Shown piece after piece: positions 28,364-38,784 of a DNA stretch of 64,000 nt. The position numbers were made by a program, and so were the translations under genes. The notes beneath the pieces were generated by a model. The model saw only the letters and a program-made list of their open reading frames with translations. It searched no databases and had not been told where the DNA came from. Source of the DNA: Promethearchaeota archaeon (GTDB taxonomy: Archaea; Asgardarchaeota; Lokiarchaeia; Sigyniarchaeales; SOKP01); assembly GCA_048938005.1 (NCBI GenBank), contig JBHLMQ010000003.1, positions 1 through 64,000 of the forward strand, read 5' to 3'. Within the stretch, counting starts at the first letter, position 1, and every line of letters starts with the position of its first letter.

Positions 28364-29566
28364 ATGGCTAATAAATCCATAGTGTATTGGGCGTCCCCAA
28401 TCGAGATTGCAGCTCTACCAAATACAGCCAAAAATATGGTTACAAATAATTTAGTAAAAACTCGGTTTGTTTTAGACAAAATTTTAGATCATATTATACC
28501 TGGAGACAAGGTAGGAGTAAAGGTTCATGTTGGAGAAGCACAAAATACACGATATCTACGTCCAGATTATGTGAGAGAAGTAGTTATGGCTATCAAATCT
28601 AAAGGAGGTATTCCTACACTTATAGAGACTCAAGGGAGAGGAAACAATATAGAAAAAATCGATATAAATGAAGAATATTCTATCTGTGTTGGGCATCGGA
28701 AAAAAGCCACAGATCATATAAAAATTGCGCAACTTCATGGATATACTGAATCTATAACCGGTGTTCCACTACATTTTATTGATGGAAATCAAGGTATTGA
28801 CAGAAAGATCGTAAAAATCGATGGAATTCATTTTAAAGAAGTTTCTGTAGCATCAGGACTCTTTAGTTTTGATAAACTTGTTGTAATCTCTCATTTTAAA
28901 GGTCATCCGCTTGCTGGATTTGGGGGAGCATTAAAACAGCTAGGGATGGGATGTGTTACTAAACATAATAAAGTTAAAGCTCATTTTGATGGAAATTTTG
29001 TTATTAATGTTAAGAAATGCGATTCTACCATGTGTAAACAAGAATGTATAGCATCTTGTCCAGTAAGAGCAATTACAATAGAAAATGGATTTGCAGTAAT
29101 TAATCATTCAATATGTCATGGCTGTTTTCGTTGTGCTCTGAAATGTCCTGTAGAAAGAGCGATAAGAATGCCTTTAAGACGAAATAATGATAAATTTGTT
29201 GAATGCTTCATTGATAACGCTAAAGCAGTTTTATCCTTTGGTGCAGAAAAGATTAGATATATTAATTTTGCTTTTGAGATACCGTTGATGTGCGATTGTG
29301 TATCTAATGCTAGTGTGCCCATTGTTCCCGACCTGGGGATATATGGTTCTTCTGATCCTGTGGCAATTGATAAAGCATGTGTCGATGCAGAAACTAATGC
29401 TCCAGGACTTCCTTTTTTAAATAAAGATGGAGAATGGACCAAATCAATTGAACGTGGAATTGAAAAATTTAAAAATTTAAACCCGATGGTCGATACCACA
29501 TGGCAGATCGAAGCTGCTATTAAAAATAAACTTGGTTCGAAAGAATATGAATTAATAAAAATATAA
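28364..29566 (+). CDS. DUF362 protein with inserted 4Fe-4S ferredoxin domain (copy 2)
   Basis: Same motifs as copy 1 (CHGCFRC..KCP, CDC); colinear tandem paralog; ATG 28364 preferred. Confidence 0.85.
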   Translation: MANKSIVYWASPIEIAALPNTAKNMVTNNLVKTRFVLDKILDHIIPGDKVGVKVHVGEAQNTRYLRPDYVREVVMAIKSKGGIPTLIETQGRGNNIEKIDINEEYSICVGHRKKATDHIKIAQLHGYTESITGVPLHFIDGNQGIDRKIVKIDGIHFKEVSVASGLFSFDKLVVISHFKGHPLAGFGGALKQLGMGCVTKHNKVKAHFDGNFVINVKKCDSTMCKQECIASCPVRAITIENGFAVINHSICHGCFRCALKCPVERAIRMPLRRNNDKFVECFIDNAKAVLSFGAEKIRYINFAFEIPLMCDCVSNASVPIVPDLGIYGSSDPVAIDKACVDAETNAPGLPFLNKDGEWTKSIERGIEKFKNLNPMVDTTWQIEAAIKNKLGSKEYELIKI

Positions 29567-29740
29567 CTATAATAAAAGAATTATTCTTGAATTTAACATT
29601 AATTCTGTTATTGATTTCATTAATTATCATCAATAGATTTTAATTAAATTTTTAAAACTTTAAATTGAATCAAGTTAAATATATGATTTATATATGAATT
29701 GAATATTATAAAAGAAATAAATATAAATAAAGCTATATAG

Positions 29741-31303
29741 GTGAATTCCATAATGTTTAAACTTGGAGAGTTTTCAATATCAAAAGAGTTCTCATGGATT
29801 GGGGACTGGGCAGGACGTCGTGCGATCTTAACCCCAGATCGACAGGCCATTTTTGATAATTTAGAAAAAAAAACTTACACTTACAAAGAGCTTGATGTTC
29901 GAGCGAATCAACTAGCTCGCGTTTTATTAAATAACGAGATCTCTAATGGAGATCGTGTGGCTATGTTCTCAACTAATAGGATTGAATGCATAGACTTATT
30001 CTTAGCGACAGGAAAAATCGGAGCAATTTTAGTACCTTTTAACATAAGATTATCTATTCAAGAATTAGAATATTTAATAAAAAAAACAGGACCTTCAATA
30101 TTTTTTTATGAACCAAGATTAGAATCTCCAGTAGTAGACATAAAGGATAAAAATCTCATAGCAAAAAATATAGTAATGGGAGAAAAATCAATACAAAATG
30201 ATCCAACAACTCGGCAATTAATGAACAAAGTCTCAAAATCAGAAATTGAAAAGCCAATCATTAATTTTGAAGATCCTCATCTTATTTTATTTACAGGTGG
30301 AACAACAGGTTTACCAAAGGGTGCAATACTTTCTCATAGACTTATTTTTTGGAATTCTGTTAATACAATACTTTCATGGAGCTTAAATTCAAATGATATA
30401 CAACCACTTCTCTTTCCATTATTTCATACAGGAGGATGGAATGTATTATTAGTACCCTTTTATCACCTTGGTGCAAAAACAGTATTAATGGGAGATTTTA
30501 ATCCAGAAGAAACTCTGAGAGTTATTGATGAACAAAAATGCACAATTGTAATTGGTGTTCCAACAATGTTTCATATGATGGCAAATAGTCCTCAATTTAG
30601 TTCTGTTAATCTTGATTCGGTTAGAATATTCATATCCGGTGGAGCACCATGCCCCGTTGCTATTATGGAGAATTATTGGGCAAAGAATAAAGAGTTTAAA
30701 ATGGGATATGGTTTAACAGAAGTTGGACCTAATAACTTTTATTTGCCCGAGAAAAATATCAAGCAAAAACCAACATCTGTTGGATTACCTGTATTTCATT
30801 GTGATATGAAAATTATCAATATTAAAACAAATGAAATTGTTAATCAAGGGGAAGTAGGAGAACTTCTATTAAAGGGACCTCATATATTTTCAGGGTACTG
30901 GGATGAACCTGAAGAAACTAAAAAAACGATTGAATCGGATGGATGGGTACATACTGGAGATTTAGCTATGCAAGATGATGAGGGTTTTTACTATATTGTA
31001 GGTCGTAGGAAAGAAATGTATATCAGTGGCGGAGAAAATGTATATCCCGTTGAGATTGAAGAACTTCTTTTTAAGCATCCGGCAATTGATTTAGCGGCAG
31101 TAATTGGTGTACCTGATGAAAAATGGGGTGAAGTAGGTAAAGCTTTTATGACTTTAAAACCTGGAAAAACAATATCTAAAGAGGAGATCCGAATATATTT
31201 AACTGAAAGATTAGCTAAATATAAAGTTCCTAAATATTTTGAAATAAGAGACGATTTACCGACAAGTGCTGCTGGAAAAATTTTGAAACGAGAATTAGAA
31301 TAA
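29741..31303 (+). CDS. Acyl-CoA synthetase (AMP-forming, FadD/MenE-like)
   Basis: FTGGTTGLPKG, GYGLTE, HTGD, GGENVYP.EIE, AKYKVP, GKILK. Confidence 0.9.
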   Translation: MNSIMFKLGEFSISKEFSWIGDWAGRRAILTPDRQAIFDNLEKKTYTYKELDVRANQLARVLLNNEISNGDRVAMFSTNRIECIDLFLATGKIGAILVPFNIRLSIQELEYLIKKTGPSIFFYEPRLESPVVDIKDKNLIAKNIVMGEKSIQNDPTTRQLMNKVSKSEIEKPIINFEDPHLILFTGGTTGLPKGAILSHRLIFWNSVNTILSWSLNSNDIQPLLFPLFHTGGWNVLLVPFYHLGAKTVLMGDFNPEETLRVIDEQKCTIVIGVPTMFHMMANSPQFSSVNLDSVRIFISGGAPCPVAIMENYWAKNKEFKMGYGLTEVGPNNFYLPEKNIKQKPTSVGLPVFHCDMKIINIKTNEIVNQGEVGELLLKGPHIFSGYWDEPEETKKTIESDGWVHTGDLAMQDDEGFYYIVGRRKEMYISGGENVYPVEIEELLFKHPAIDLAAVIGVPDEKWGEVGKAFMTLKPGKTISKEEIRIYLTERLAKYKVPKYFEIRDDLPTSAAGKILKRELE

Positions 31304-31314
31304 GGGGATTCTTA

Positions 31315-32343
31315 ATGAAATATCGTCCTGTTGGATTAGAAGCTTGGGGAGTGTACCTCCCTAAAGAAAGACATACAAGTGAACACATTTCCCAAGAAAC
31401 CGGCATTGCTAAAAATATAATTGAAGAAAAATTTGGACTTCTAGGAAAAACTGTACCCGGACCTGAAGATCATACTGTTCAAATGGGAGCAAATGCCAGT
31501 CTTCAAGCTCTTAAAAGAGCAAATCTTACTCCTGAGGATTTAGATGTAATTATTTGGGCAGGAGAAGTTTACGCTGAAAGGCCAATGATGACATATGGAA
31601 TTAAACTCCAAAATCTAATAGGTAATCCTACTCGACCATGGGCTTTTGATATAAATCAAAGGTGTGGGACTTTCTTGGTTGGTATGTTATTAGCAAAAAG
31701 TCTATTTCAAATAAATAAAGATATTGAAAGAATTTTAATAGCGAGTGGTTATAGAAATGCTGATTTAATAAACTACAAAAATCCAAGATCTCGGTTTATG
31801 ATAAGCTTAGCAGCAAGTGGAGTTGCAGCTATAATTAGAGGGGATTCCCAAGTTAATGAAATTTTAGGTATTTCAGCAATTTCAGATGGTAGGTTTGCCG
31901 ACGATGTTTATGTACCTGCTGGGGGGACTGTTCATCCGATTTCAGCCGATGCTATTAAAAAAGATTTAATTTATTTGGATGTTCCTGATCCCGATGGATT
32001 AAAAGACCGTTTAGACAAATTTTCAATGGATTCATTTGTACGAGTTATTGATGACGCTTTAAAACAATCTGGCTACACACGTGAAGATATTAATTATTTG
32101 GCATTACTACATATGAAGAGAAGTGCATTTGAATATGTTGCCAAAGCAGTTGGAGTTGATCCATATTCACAATCAACCTATCTCGAAAATATTGGTCATA
32201 ATGGGCAGAATGATGGTATAATTTCAATTGAATATGGAGTTCGCGATGGAAAAATTAAAAATGGTGATATTGTTGTTATTGCCTCTGCAGGAATTGGGTG
32301 GGCGTGGAATGCTGGAGTAATAAAATGGGGTACTCCTGATTAA
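31315..32343 (+). CDS. KAS III (FabH-like) thiolase-fold condensing enzyme
   Basis: AFDINQRCG (Cys), LLHMKRS (His), GHNGQND, SAGIGWAW. Confidence 0.8.
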   Translation: MKYRPVGLEAWGVYLPKERHTSEHISQETGIAKNIIEEKFGLLGKTVPGPEDHTVQMGANASLQALKRANLTPEDLDVIIWAGEVYAERPMMTYGIKLQNLIGNPTRPWAFDINQRCGTFLVGMLLAKSLFQINKDIERILIASGYRNADLINYKNPRSRFMISLAASGVAAIIRGDSQVNEILGISAISDGRFADDVYVPAGGTVHPISADAIKKDLIYLDVPDPDGLKDRLDKFSMDSFVRVIDDALKQSGYTREDINYLALLHMKRSAFEYVAKAVGVDPYSQSTYLENIGHNGQNDGIISIEYGVRDGKIKNGDIVVIASAGIGWAWNAGVIKWGTPD

Positions 32344-32453
32344 ATTTAAGATTTTATAATAAAATAGATTGGTTTTACACAATATGTTATCTAATTAATA
32401 TACCAATTACATTTTAAAACCTAATAGTTTAATAATAAGAATGATGGGAAATT

Positions 32454-33692
32454 ATGGAAGAAAGAACTAAATGGTTTAATGAAAAATGGTGGATATCACC
32501 ATTAAATTACATCGATGAAGTAAGAGAATCTTTTCATCTTCCCAATAGAGTTTATGTGAGGGATTCAACTATTCGAGAGGGGGAAGAAACTCCCGGGGTC
32601 TATTATACCTTAGATCAAAAGATTAAAATTGTTGAAAAGTTAGAAGAATTAGGTGTTGAGCATATAGATTGTGGTTATATTGGTCAGGTTCAAGACCAAT
32701 GGGATTTAGCTAATCAAATTAAGGAATTAGGAATGAAATTAAAAACTTATTCCCATTTAAGCTCAAATCCTTCACGCTGGACAAATGAAATTAAAAAATC
32801 ATTAGAAGCCAAACTTGATTATATAGGGTTTGGTATAGTCTTAACAAAATGGCAACTCCGATTATTCACTGGTGATGAAAATATAACGCCCGATGTTATG
32901 ATTAGCTTAATTCCTGCTGTTTTAAAAAGAATTAGAAGGCTGGGTGGTGTAGCAATCTTAGATTGCGTAGATGCTACTCGTTCAGAATTTCATATTTTGA
33001 AAAAGGCAATTGAAATAGGTATAAAACATGGTGTAAAAATGATAATGCTTTACGATACAGTAGGAGCGTGTAATATATCAGCTATCTCTTATTTAATAAG
33101 GCAATTAAGACCGATTGTTAAAAATATCCCAATTGGAATCCACATTCATGACGATTTTGGTCTAGGCACAGCTTCAACAATCGCCGCTGTTGAGCAAGGT
33201 GCAACGTTTATGGATCTCGTTATTAATAAATTAGGTGATCGTGCAGGTAATACATCTTTCGAAGAAGTTATTGTAGCTTTAGAAATGCTATATGGTGTAG
33301 ATACAGGAATTGATCTTACCAAGCTATATAAGATGAGTAAGTTTGTTGAAAAAGTATCAGGCGTACCATTACCATATAATAAGCCTGTTGTAGGCAGAAA
33401 TACATTCTTACATGAGAGTGAACTCCATGTTATGAGTGCCTTAGAAAAAGAGAAATTTTGGATGTGTTTTACACCATATAGACCAGAAGTAGTAGGCCAA
33501 GAAGAACAGGTTATTTTTGGTCCCACAACCCTGCATGGGGACGCTATAAAAATGAAATGCGAGCAAATGGGAATTAAAAATTATATTGATCATATAGATG
33601 AGATTATAACAAAAGTTCATTCTATTATTACTGAGAAGAAATTCATTACAGAGACAGAATTAGAAAAAACAATTAAAAAAATAGTTTACTAG
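32454..33692 (+). CDS. DRE-TIM acyl-CoA condensing synthase (homocitrate/isopropylmalate synthase-like, no regulatory domain)
   Basis: DSTIREGEE, DTVG, HIHDDFG, GDRAGN, PVVG.N.F.HES. Confidence 0.8.
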   Translation: MEERTKWFNEKWWISPLNYIDEVRESFHLPNRVYVRDSTIREGEETPGVYYTLDQKIKIVEKLEELGVEHIDCGYIGQVQDQWDLANQIKELGMKLKTYSHLSSNPSRWTNEIKKSLEAKLDYIGFGIVLTKWQLRLFTGDENITPDVMISLIPAVLKRIRRLGGVAILDCVDATRSEFHILKKAIEIGIKHGVKMIMLYDTVGACNISAISYLIRQLRPIVKNIPIGIHIHDDFGLGTASTIAAVEQGATFMDLVINKLGDRAGNTSFEEVIVALEMLYGVDTGIDLTKLYKMSKFVEKVSGVPLPYNKPVVGRNTFLHESELHVMSALEKEKFWMCFTPYRPEVVGQEEQVIFGPTTLHGDAIKMKCEQMGIKNYIDHIDEIITKVHSIITEKKFITETELEKTIKKIVY

Positions 33693-33832
33693 TTATTCTC
33701 TTTTTCAGAATTAAGTATACTCTCAATTTAAATTATACTTTCTGTGGGATTAGAAAGACTAATTTTAAAAGTAAATTCTTTCATTTGTTACGTAAATATT
33801 TTTTTTAAAATTCAAATATAAAATAAAGGAGT

Positions 33833-36800
33833 ATGCTTTATATGAAAATCTTTAAAAGTAGATCCATCATCACAATTTTCATTATATTTTGCTTTAGTCT
33901 ACCTGTTTACAACAACTTTTATAATATTTCTGATAATGCTAATCCAACACAAGAATCATATACTATTATTCCTCAAGCTATTAACCGAACAGGAAAAAAC
34001 TTTTTGAATATAACAATAAATAATAAAGATTGCTATGTCAATCGTGAATTCCCTGGTTTAAACAATCAACCTAAATTAAACATCCTAGGCTATAATATCT
34101 CATATGCTAGAATGAATTTTGAGAATATTACAGCGATAAATTATACTAGAAATATTGAAGAGGATTTCTCAGAATTTATTTTAAGTTCTGTTAATGGTCC
34201 TACATATGTTTATCAAAAATTTGCTATAGAAATAAACCAATATGTTAATAATGTGAGTATTCTTATCCAAGATATTAATGATCCTACGAATTTTACAGAT
34301 GAAAATTCATGGGAAGTTGCCATTGTCAATTGTTTGAATGATACATATGGAACACCTAATCCCAATGAAAATGAAATATTAGGTTCGTTACAAAAACCTC
34401 ATCCTACAGTTTTTGCAGCTCATTGGGAAATTTTCGATTTTAAAAATTCTGAAACAGGATCATTATATTTAGACATAACAAAAACAAATATGACATATGA
34501 AAATGGGATGGAAAAATATTGGTTTGCAATTAGAATAAAAATTCCTAAAGATGATACTAGATTTGGTGGTGGGCCAAAATTCCTCTACTTTAACCCTGAT
34601 GGCGGATCCCCTGAATATATTGGAGAAGGAGAGACATTTGCTAAATCACCAGACTTTATTGTTAATAATTCCACACTTAATAACGTAAAAGATTCTATAG
34701 TTCAAAATGGAACATTATTAAGTGGCAATCTTAATTCATTTAAAGATATTGATGAAGATAGATATCTTGTAACTGATACTGAGAATGTAACCTTAGACAT
34801 TAAGTTTGAGTTAGAAGAATTAAAACATTCTCGTTTTACTTTTTGGCAATTATATCTGTGGGCTCTTAAAAATCCACTTGATTGGTTTCTTAATCACTAT
34901 AAATATCTTTTTAGCATTGATATCTCTCTCGTAGCAAATGTGTCTGACATCCTGCTTTTAAAATCTGCAAATTTATCTATCCGTAACTATAAAACAGGTG
35001 ATCCATGGTATAATACAGGTCTCGATTTAAGACAAACGAATGAGTCTTTAATATATTATTCTGTGAGAGACCCTGAGACTAAATTCGGGCTCCTTCATCT
35101 AATGGGTAATGCTCCTATGCCTTTAACTAATAATACTCTTGAGTTTAAATTTGAATATCTTGGTACTGGTGGAGGCGATTTTAATATATCTATTAATCAG
35201 TTTAAAGTTGAGATCGGTGAATTAGAAAATCTTAAAACAATTCAACAGTATGATCCTTTAATACAAGATTTATATACTCCAAATGATTTAAGCATTCTTA
35301 ATGGAACTACTTTGCCATTTGGTAATCAGTCAATTGAATCATTAGAACAAACTGATTATGAAACTTTTAAAGCTCAAGCATTAACCAGTAATATTTCATT
35401 AGAATTTCATTTAAATGTACTTAATGATATTGATAGTTCTTTATGGAATATTGATTATTATGATTGGATTGCTTCTTATCCAAATCCAATAATTCCCATC
35501 TCAGAAATAAGAATCACTTCAAATGTTAGTAGACCTGAAAACCTTACTCAAGCAGTCTTAGAACTTTATAAGGGAAATAAAACATTTGATCTTCTTGATA
35601 AGGAGCAAAATAAAGCAACTTGGCTTCAGATAAGTGATATTAGACAATTTGCTAATAAGAGCGAAGTTACAACAGTACTCCCTTACGAAGCAGGATTTAC
35701 TTGGATTTTTTTGCAATTATTAAACGAATCTGAAAATAACCTAGTAAAATTACGATTAAGATATAATTCTAGTAGTATCTTTGATTATGGATTTAATGTC
35801 TCCATCAATGAATTCAGCGCAAATTTCTATATACAAAATGCAATTTCTTCAGATATATCATCAAAAATAGGATTAGGTATAAATAGTAATATGTTAACTC
35901 CTTCTGATATAAAAATGCAAAATTTTGGAGTTGATATAATTGATACTGGAATTGGTGAGGGTAATTGGACTGCAGAAATAGATGATGCCTTTATTTCTGA
36001 AGGGATTTTTGAATTCAATATATCTTCACAATGGCATTCAATTAGATTCGACGTGAATGGAACTTATGAAATATTTAAAATTATTCCAGAATTAGAATTC
36101 ATTGAAATTCCAGCTCACCAATATATGATTGGAACGAATTCTTTTTCTGTAAGAATAACTAAAGCAGGAGGAATGCCAATAGTAAATGTTAAAATTATCT
36201 TTGAGGTAATAAATCCTAATAATATCAGTATTTATGATACTACTGCCATATCTAATGAAGAAGGAATCGCAACTACTACATTGAATTTTGAAAGCACTGG
36301 TAGAGGATATAACGTAAGAATTAGATTTATTGAAGCGGGGATGTACACTAGCGCTGAATTGATATCACAAGATATCAGAGTGGTAGATGAATTTATTCTG
36401 TTCATGGATAATTTCTTTCGGTTCTTACCATATATTATTATCGGTATTGTTGCTATTGCAGCTTTCGTCACAATACGACAGGTTAGACATACTAGGTTAA
36501 AAAGATTTTGGGCTGGAGAAGCTAAGATTTTGGATGACTTAGTAAAAATCTCATATATCATGATAATACATAAAGATGTGGGAGTTTCAATATATAGTAA
36601 ACAAATATCTTTAGAAGGTATTGATTCAGATCTTATCTCTGGTTTTCTGCAAGCAATATCGCAATTTAGAAGTGAAATTAAAAAAGGATCGATTGATGAA
36701 AAGGGGAAAGGATTTGAAATGGATTATGGCGATTTTAAAATTGTAATTACAGATGGAAATTACGTTAGAGTTGCTTTAATACTAGATGATATTCCCTCCG

Positions 36801-37168
36801 AAAAACTAAAAGAAAACCAATGGTTATTCACAGAAGATTTTGAGAGGAGATATGGTTCGTTATTAACAGATTTTACTGGCGATATCACTCCTTTTAGAGA
36901 AGCAGATAGTCTGGTTGAAAGACATTTCAATGTCTCACTAATCTATCCATTACAATTAGGAAAACATTATGGAGTCATTAAATTAAAGGGCCTTGAAAAG
37001 ACTCTTATAGAAGTTGCTGAGCAAATTCAGAAAGAGCGGAAGTTATTCTTCATATCGAGTCTTCTAAATTTCGCATTAGCAGGCACGAAAGCATCTAGAG
37101 ATGAAATAATAAGTACAATTATTGATTTAAAGACAAAGGGGCTTATAATTCCAGCAGAAATTGAATAA
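33833..37168 (+). CDS. Large single-pass membrane protein: N-x-S/T-rich ectodomain plus cytoplasmic longin-like domain
   Basis: Signal peptide, about 850-aa beta-rich region, TM (PYIIIGIVAIAAFVTI), then GVSIYSKQ...DSDLISGFLQAISQF. Confidence 0.7.
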   Translation: MLYMKIFKSRSIITIFIIFCFSLPVYNNFYNISDNANPTQESYTIIPQAINRTGKNFLNITINNKDCYVNREFPGLNNQPKLNILGYNISYARMNFENITAINYTRNIEEDFSEFILSSVNGPTYVYQKFAIEINQYVNNVSILIQDINDPTNFTDENSWEVAIVNCLNDTYGTPNPNENEILGSLQKPHPTVFAAHWEIFDFKNSETGSLYLDITKTNMTYENGMEKYWFAIRIKIPKDDTRFGGGPKFLYFNPDGGSPEYIGEGETFAKSPDFIVNNSTLNNVKDSIVQNGTLLSGNLNSFKDIDEDRYLVTDTENVTLDIKFELEELKHSRFTFWQLYLWALKNPLDWFLNHYKYLFSIDISLVANVSDILLLKSANLSIRNYKTGDPWYNTGLDLRQTNESLIYYSVRDPETKFGLLHLMGNAPMPLTNNTLEFKFEYLGTGGGDFNISINQFKVEIGELENLKTIQQYDPLIQDLYTPNDLSILNGTTLPFGNQSIESLEQTDYETFKAQALTSNISLEFHLNVLNDIDSSLWNIDYYDWIASYPNPIIPISEIRITSNVSRPENLTQAVLELYKGNKTFDLLDKEQNKATWLQISDIRQFANKSEVTTVLPYEAGFTWIFLQLLNESENNLVKLRLRYNSSSIFDYGFNVSINEFSANFYIQNAISSDISSKIGLGINSNMLTPSDIKMQNFGVDIIDTGIGEGNWTAEIDDAFISEGIFEFNISSQWHSIRFDVNGTYEIFKIIPELEFIEIPAHQYMIGTNSFSVRITKAGGMPIVNVKIIFEVINPNNISIYDTTAISNEEGIATTTLNFESTGRGYNVRIRFIEAGMYTSAELISQDIRVVDEFILFMDNFFRFLPYIIIGIVAIAAFVTIRQVRHTRLKRFWAGEAKILDDLVKISYIMIIHKDVGVSIYSKQISLEGIDSDLISGFLQAISQFRSEIKKGSIDEKGKGFEMDYGDFKIVITDGNYVRVALILDDIPSEKLKENQWLFTEDFERRYGSLLTDFTGDITPFREADSLVERHFNVSLIYPLQLGKHYGVIKLKGLEKTLIEVAEQIQKERKLFFISSLLNFALAGTKASRDEIISTIIDLKTKGLIIPAEIE

Positions 37169-37377
37169 TAATTAAATAAAATCTTTTTTTTCTCTTTTAA
37201 AATAAAATATTTTATTACAGCTTATTCAATATATCAAATTTTAGATTTAATAACATATTTAGAACATCTAGATTGATAACAACGTCTTAATTGGAACAGA
37301 AAGGTATTCCTTTCCATTCATCGTACTCAATGATTTTTCATAGGAAAATTCAAAAAAAAGGGATAATTACACTCATT

Positions 37378-38190
37378 ATGGCACAAAGAAAATTTTGGAC
37401 AGTAGGTCAGGTTGATGCCACTGGTGTGCGAGGCCCTCATGAGAAAGAGCTTGAAGATATTAGTAAAGCCAAATATCCTCTTTTTATAAACTTGAATATG
37501 GATGCATTGAAAGATATAGTTAACAATGAATTAGGTGGCAAAATCGAAAATATTGGTTTCAGTGAAGATTGGACAATTTCAATCGAAATGTTCCCTGAAG
37601 TAAATATTCATATGGCATATTCCTATTTTGGAGATGAATTTGGCGATGGGATTGAAGCCGAGTTTAAGTTTTACTTTTCAGGTAAACGAGTCTTTTGGGT
37701 TCCAGGAGAAGATATTGCAACATTTATTGATATTATTATGGATTTCATTGAAAGGAAAATAAAAAAACAAGAACCCTTTGAGCAAAATTACAATAGAAAA
37801 ACCGAATTAATGAAGAATGTATTAAAACAAAGAAGCGAACCATTTTTTCTTCTCAAAGAACAAGAAAAAGAGAATTTAGCTGATTTTCTTGGTGCTAAAG
37901 TTTGGAAAGCAACTAATGGATGGCGTTTAAAAAAAGAATTTTTCCCAAAAATTTTCATTGAAATTATTTGGAATGAAAAAGATGGTTTGGATATAAAATT
38001 CTCAGGGGATAATCTATCTAAAAATATCGATAATTATCATATAGAATTTGTTGGGATCTTCTTAATCAACCATATTCTACGATTTATTACAGTAAATAAT
38101 ATAGATAAAAATTTGCCTGATATCTGTTATATAATGTTCTCGCGGTATTATACAAAAAATATTGGACACTGGGATCATAGAGTAAGATAA
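37378..38190 (+). CDS. Hypothetical protein with internal two-fold repeat (DUF3786-like)
   Basis: LGG...W...MFPEVNI and LGA...W...FFPKIFI repeats; ATG 37378 preferred to TTG 37291. Confidence 0.45.
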   Translation: MAQRKFWTVGQVDATGVRGPHEKELEDISKAKYPLFINLNMDALKDIVNNELGGKIENIGFSEDWTISIEMFPEVNIHMAYSYFGDEFGDGIEAEFKFYFSGKRVFWVPGEDIATFIDIIMDFIERKIKKQEPFEQNYNRKTELMKNVLKQRSEPFFLLKEQEKENLADFLGAKVWKATNGWRLKKEFFPKIFIEIIWNEKDGLDIKFSGDNLSKNIDNYHIEFVGIFLINHILRFITVNNIDKNLPDICYIMFSRYYTKNIGHWDHRVR

Positions 38191-38223
38191 AGCTAAAAAG
38201 GATTAAAAATAATAAAATTTGGT

Positions 38224-38784
38224 TTAAATCGCTGTCCAAAGTATAGATCTTCCTTTTTTTTCAGCACGCTTAATTTTCTTTGAAGTTTCTAAATCTGACA
38301 TAATTTTCCAGATCTGGGAATTACTTAATTTAAAGTATCTTCGCAATTCGGGAGTTGTCATCTTAGTACCACTCAATAAATTCGGGATTAACCTTTTTAT
38401 TTCGTCTACAGTATTCTCGTCAGACTCTTGAGTGCCTTTATCATCCACTTCTCCTTTTTCCATTTCTGTAATTATTCTGGAAGCAACTTTATTTAATGCT
38501 TTAATATTGTTATCTACTACATTTTTAGGCTTCATAAAAAGGCAACAAAGTTCTAAATCTCTTGGAAACGCGACAATATAGAATTTGTCGTATAATATTG
38601 CTCTAGGCTTTTTAACGGATTCATTTCCACCGCGAAAAGCTAAGTAAAAATTCATAGCAAAATCATCTAGACTTATACCTTTCTTTATATTCGAATATTC
38701 CTTTTTCCACTTAAGAAATGGGCCATCAATCATATCAAATCCAATTAAAGCTGCTCCAAACATTTCATTTTCAGTAAAATTCAT
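38224..38784 (-). CDS. uDENN/longin-like domain plus C-terminal winged helix
   Basis: LIGFDMIDGP (FD-x3-GP) N-terminus; MTTPELRRYFKLSNSQIWKIMSDLE..KKI wHTH; ATGA overlap with GTPase. Confidence 0.55.
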   Translation of the reverse strand: MNFTENEMFGAALIGFDMIDGPFLKWKKEYSNIKKGISLDDFAMNFYLAFRGGNESVKKPRAILYDKFYIVAFPRDLELCCLFMKPKNVVDNNIKALNKVASRIITEMEKGEVDDKGTQESDENTVDEIKRLIPNLLSGTKMTTPELRRYFKLSNSQIWKIMSDLETSKKIKRAEKKGRSILWTAI

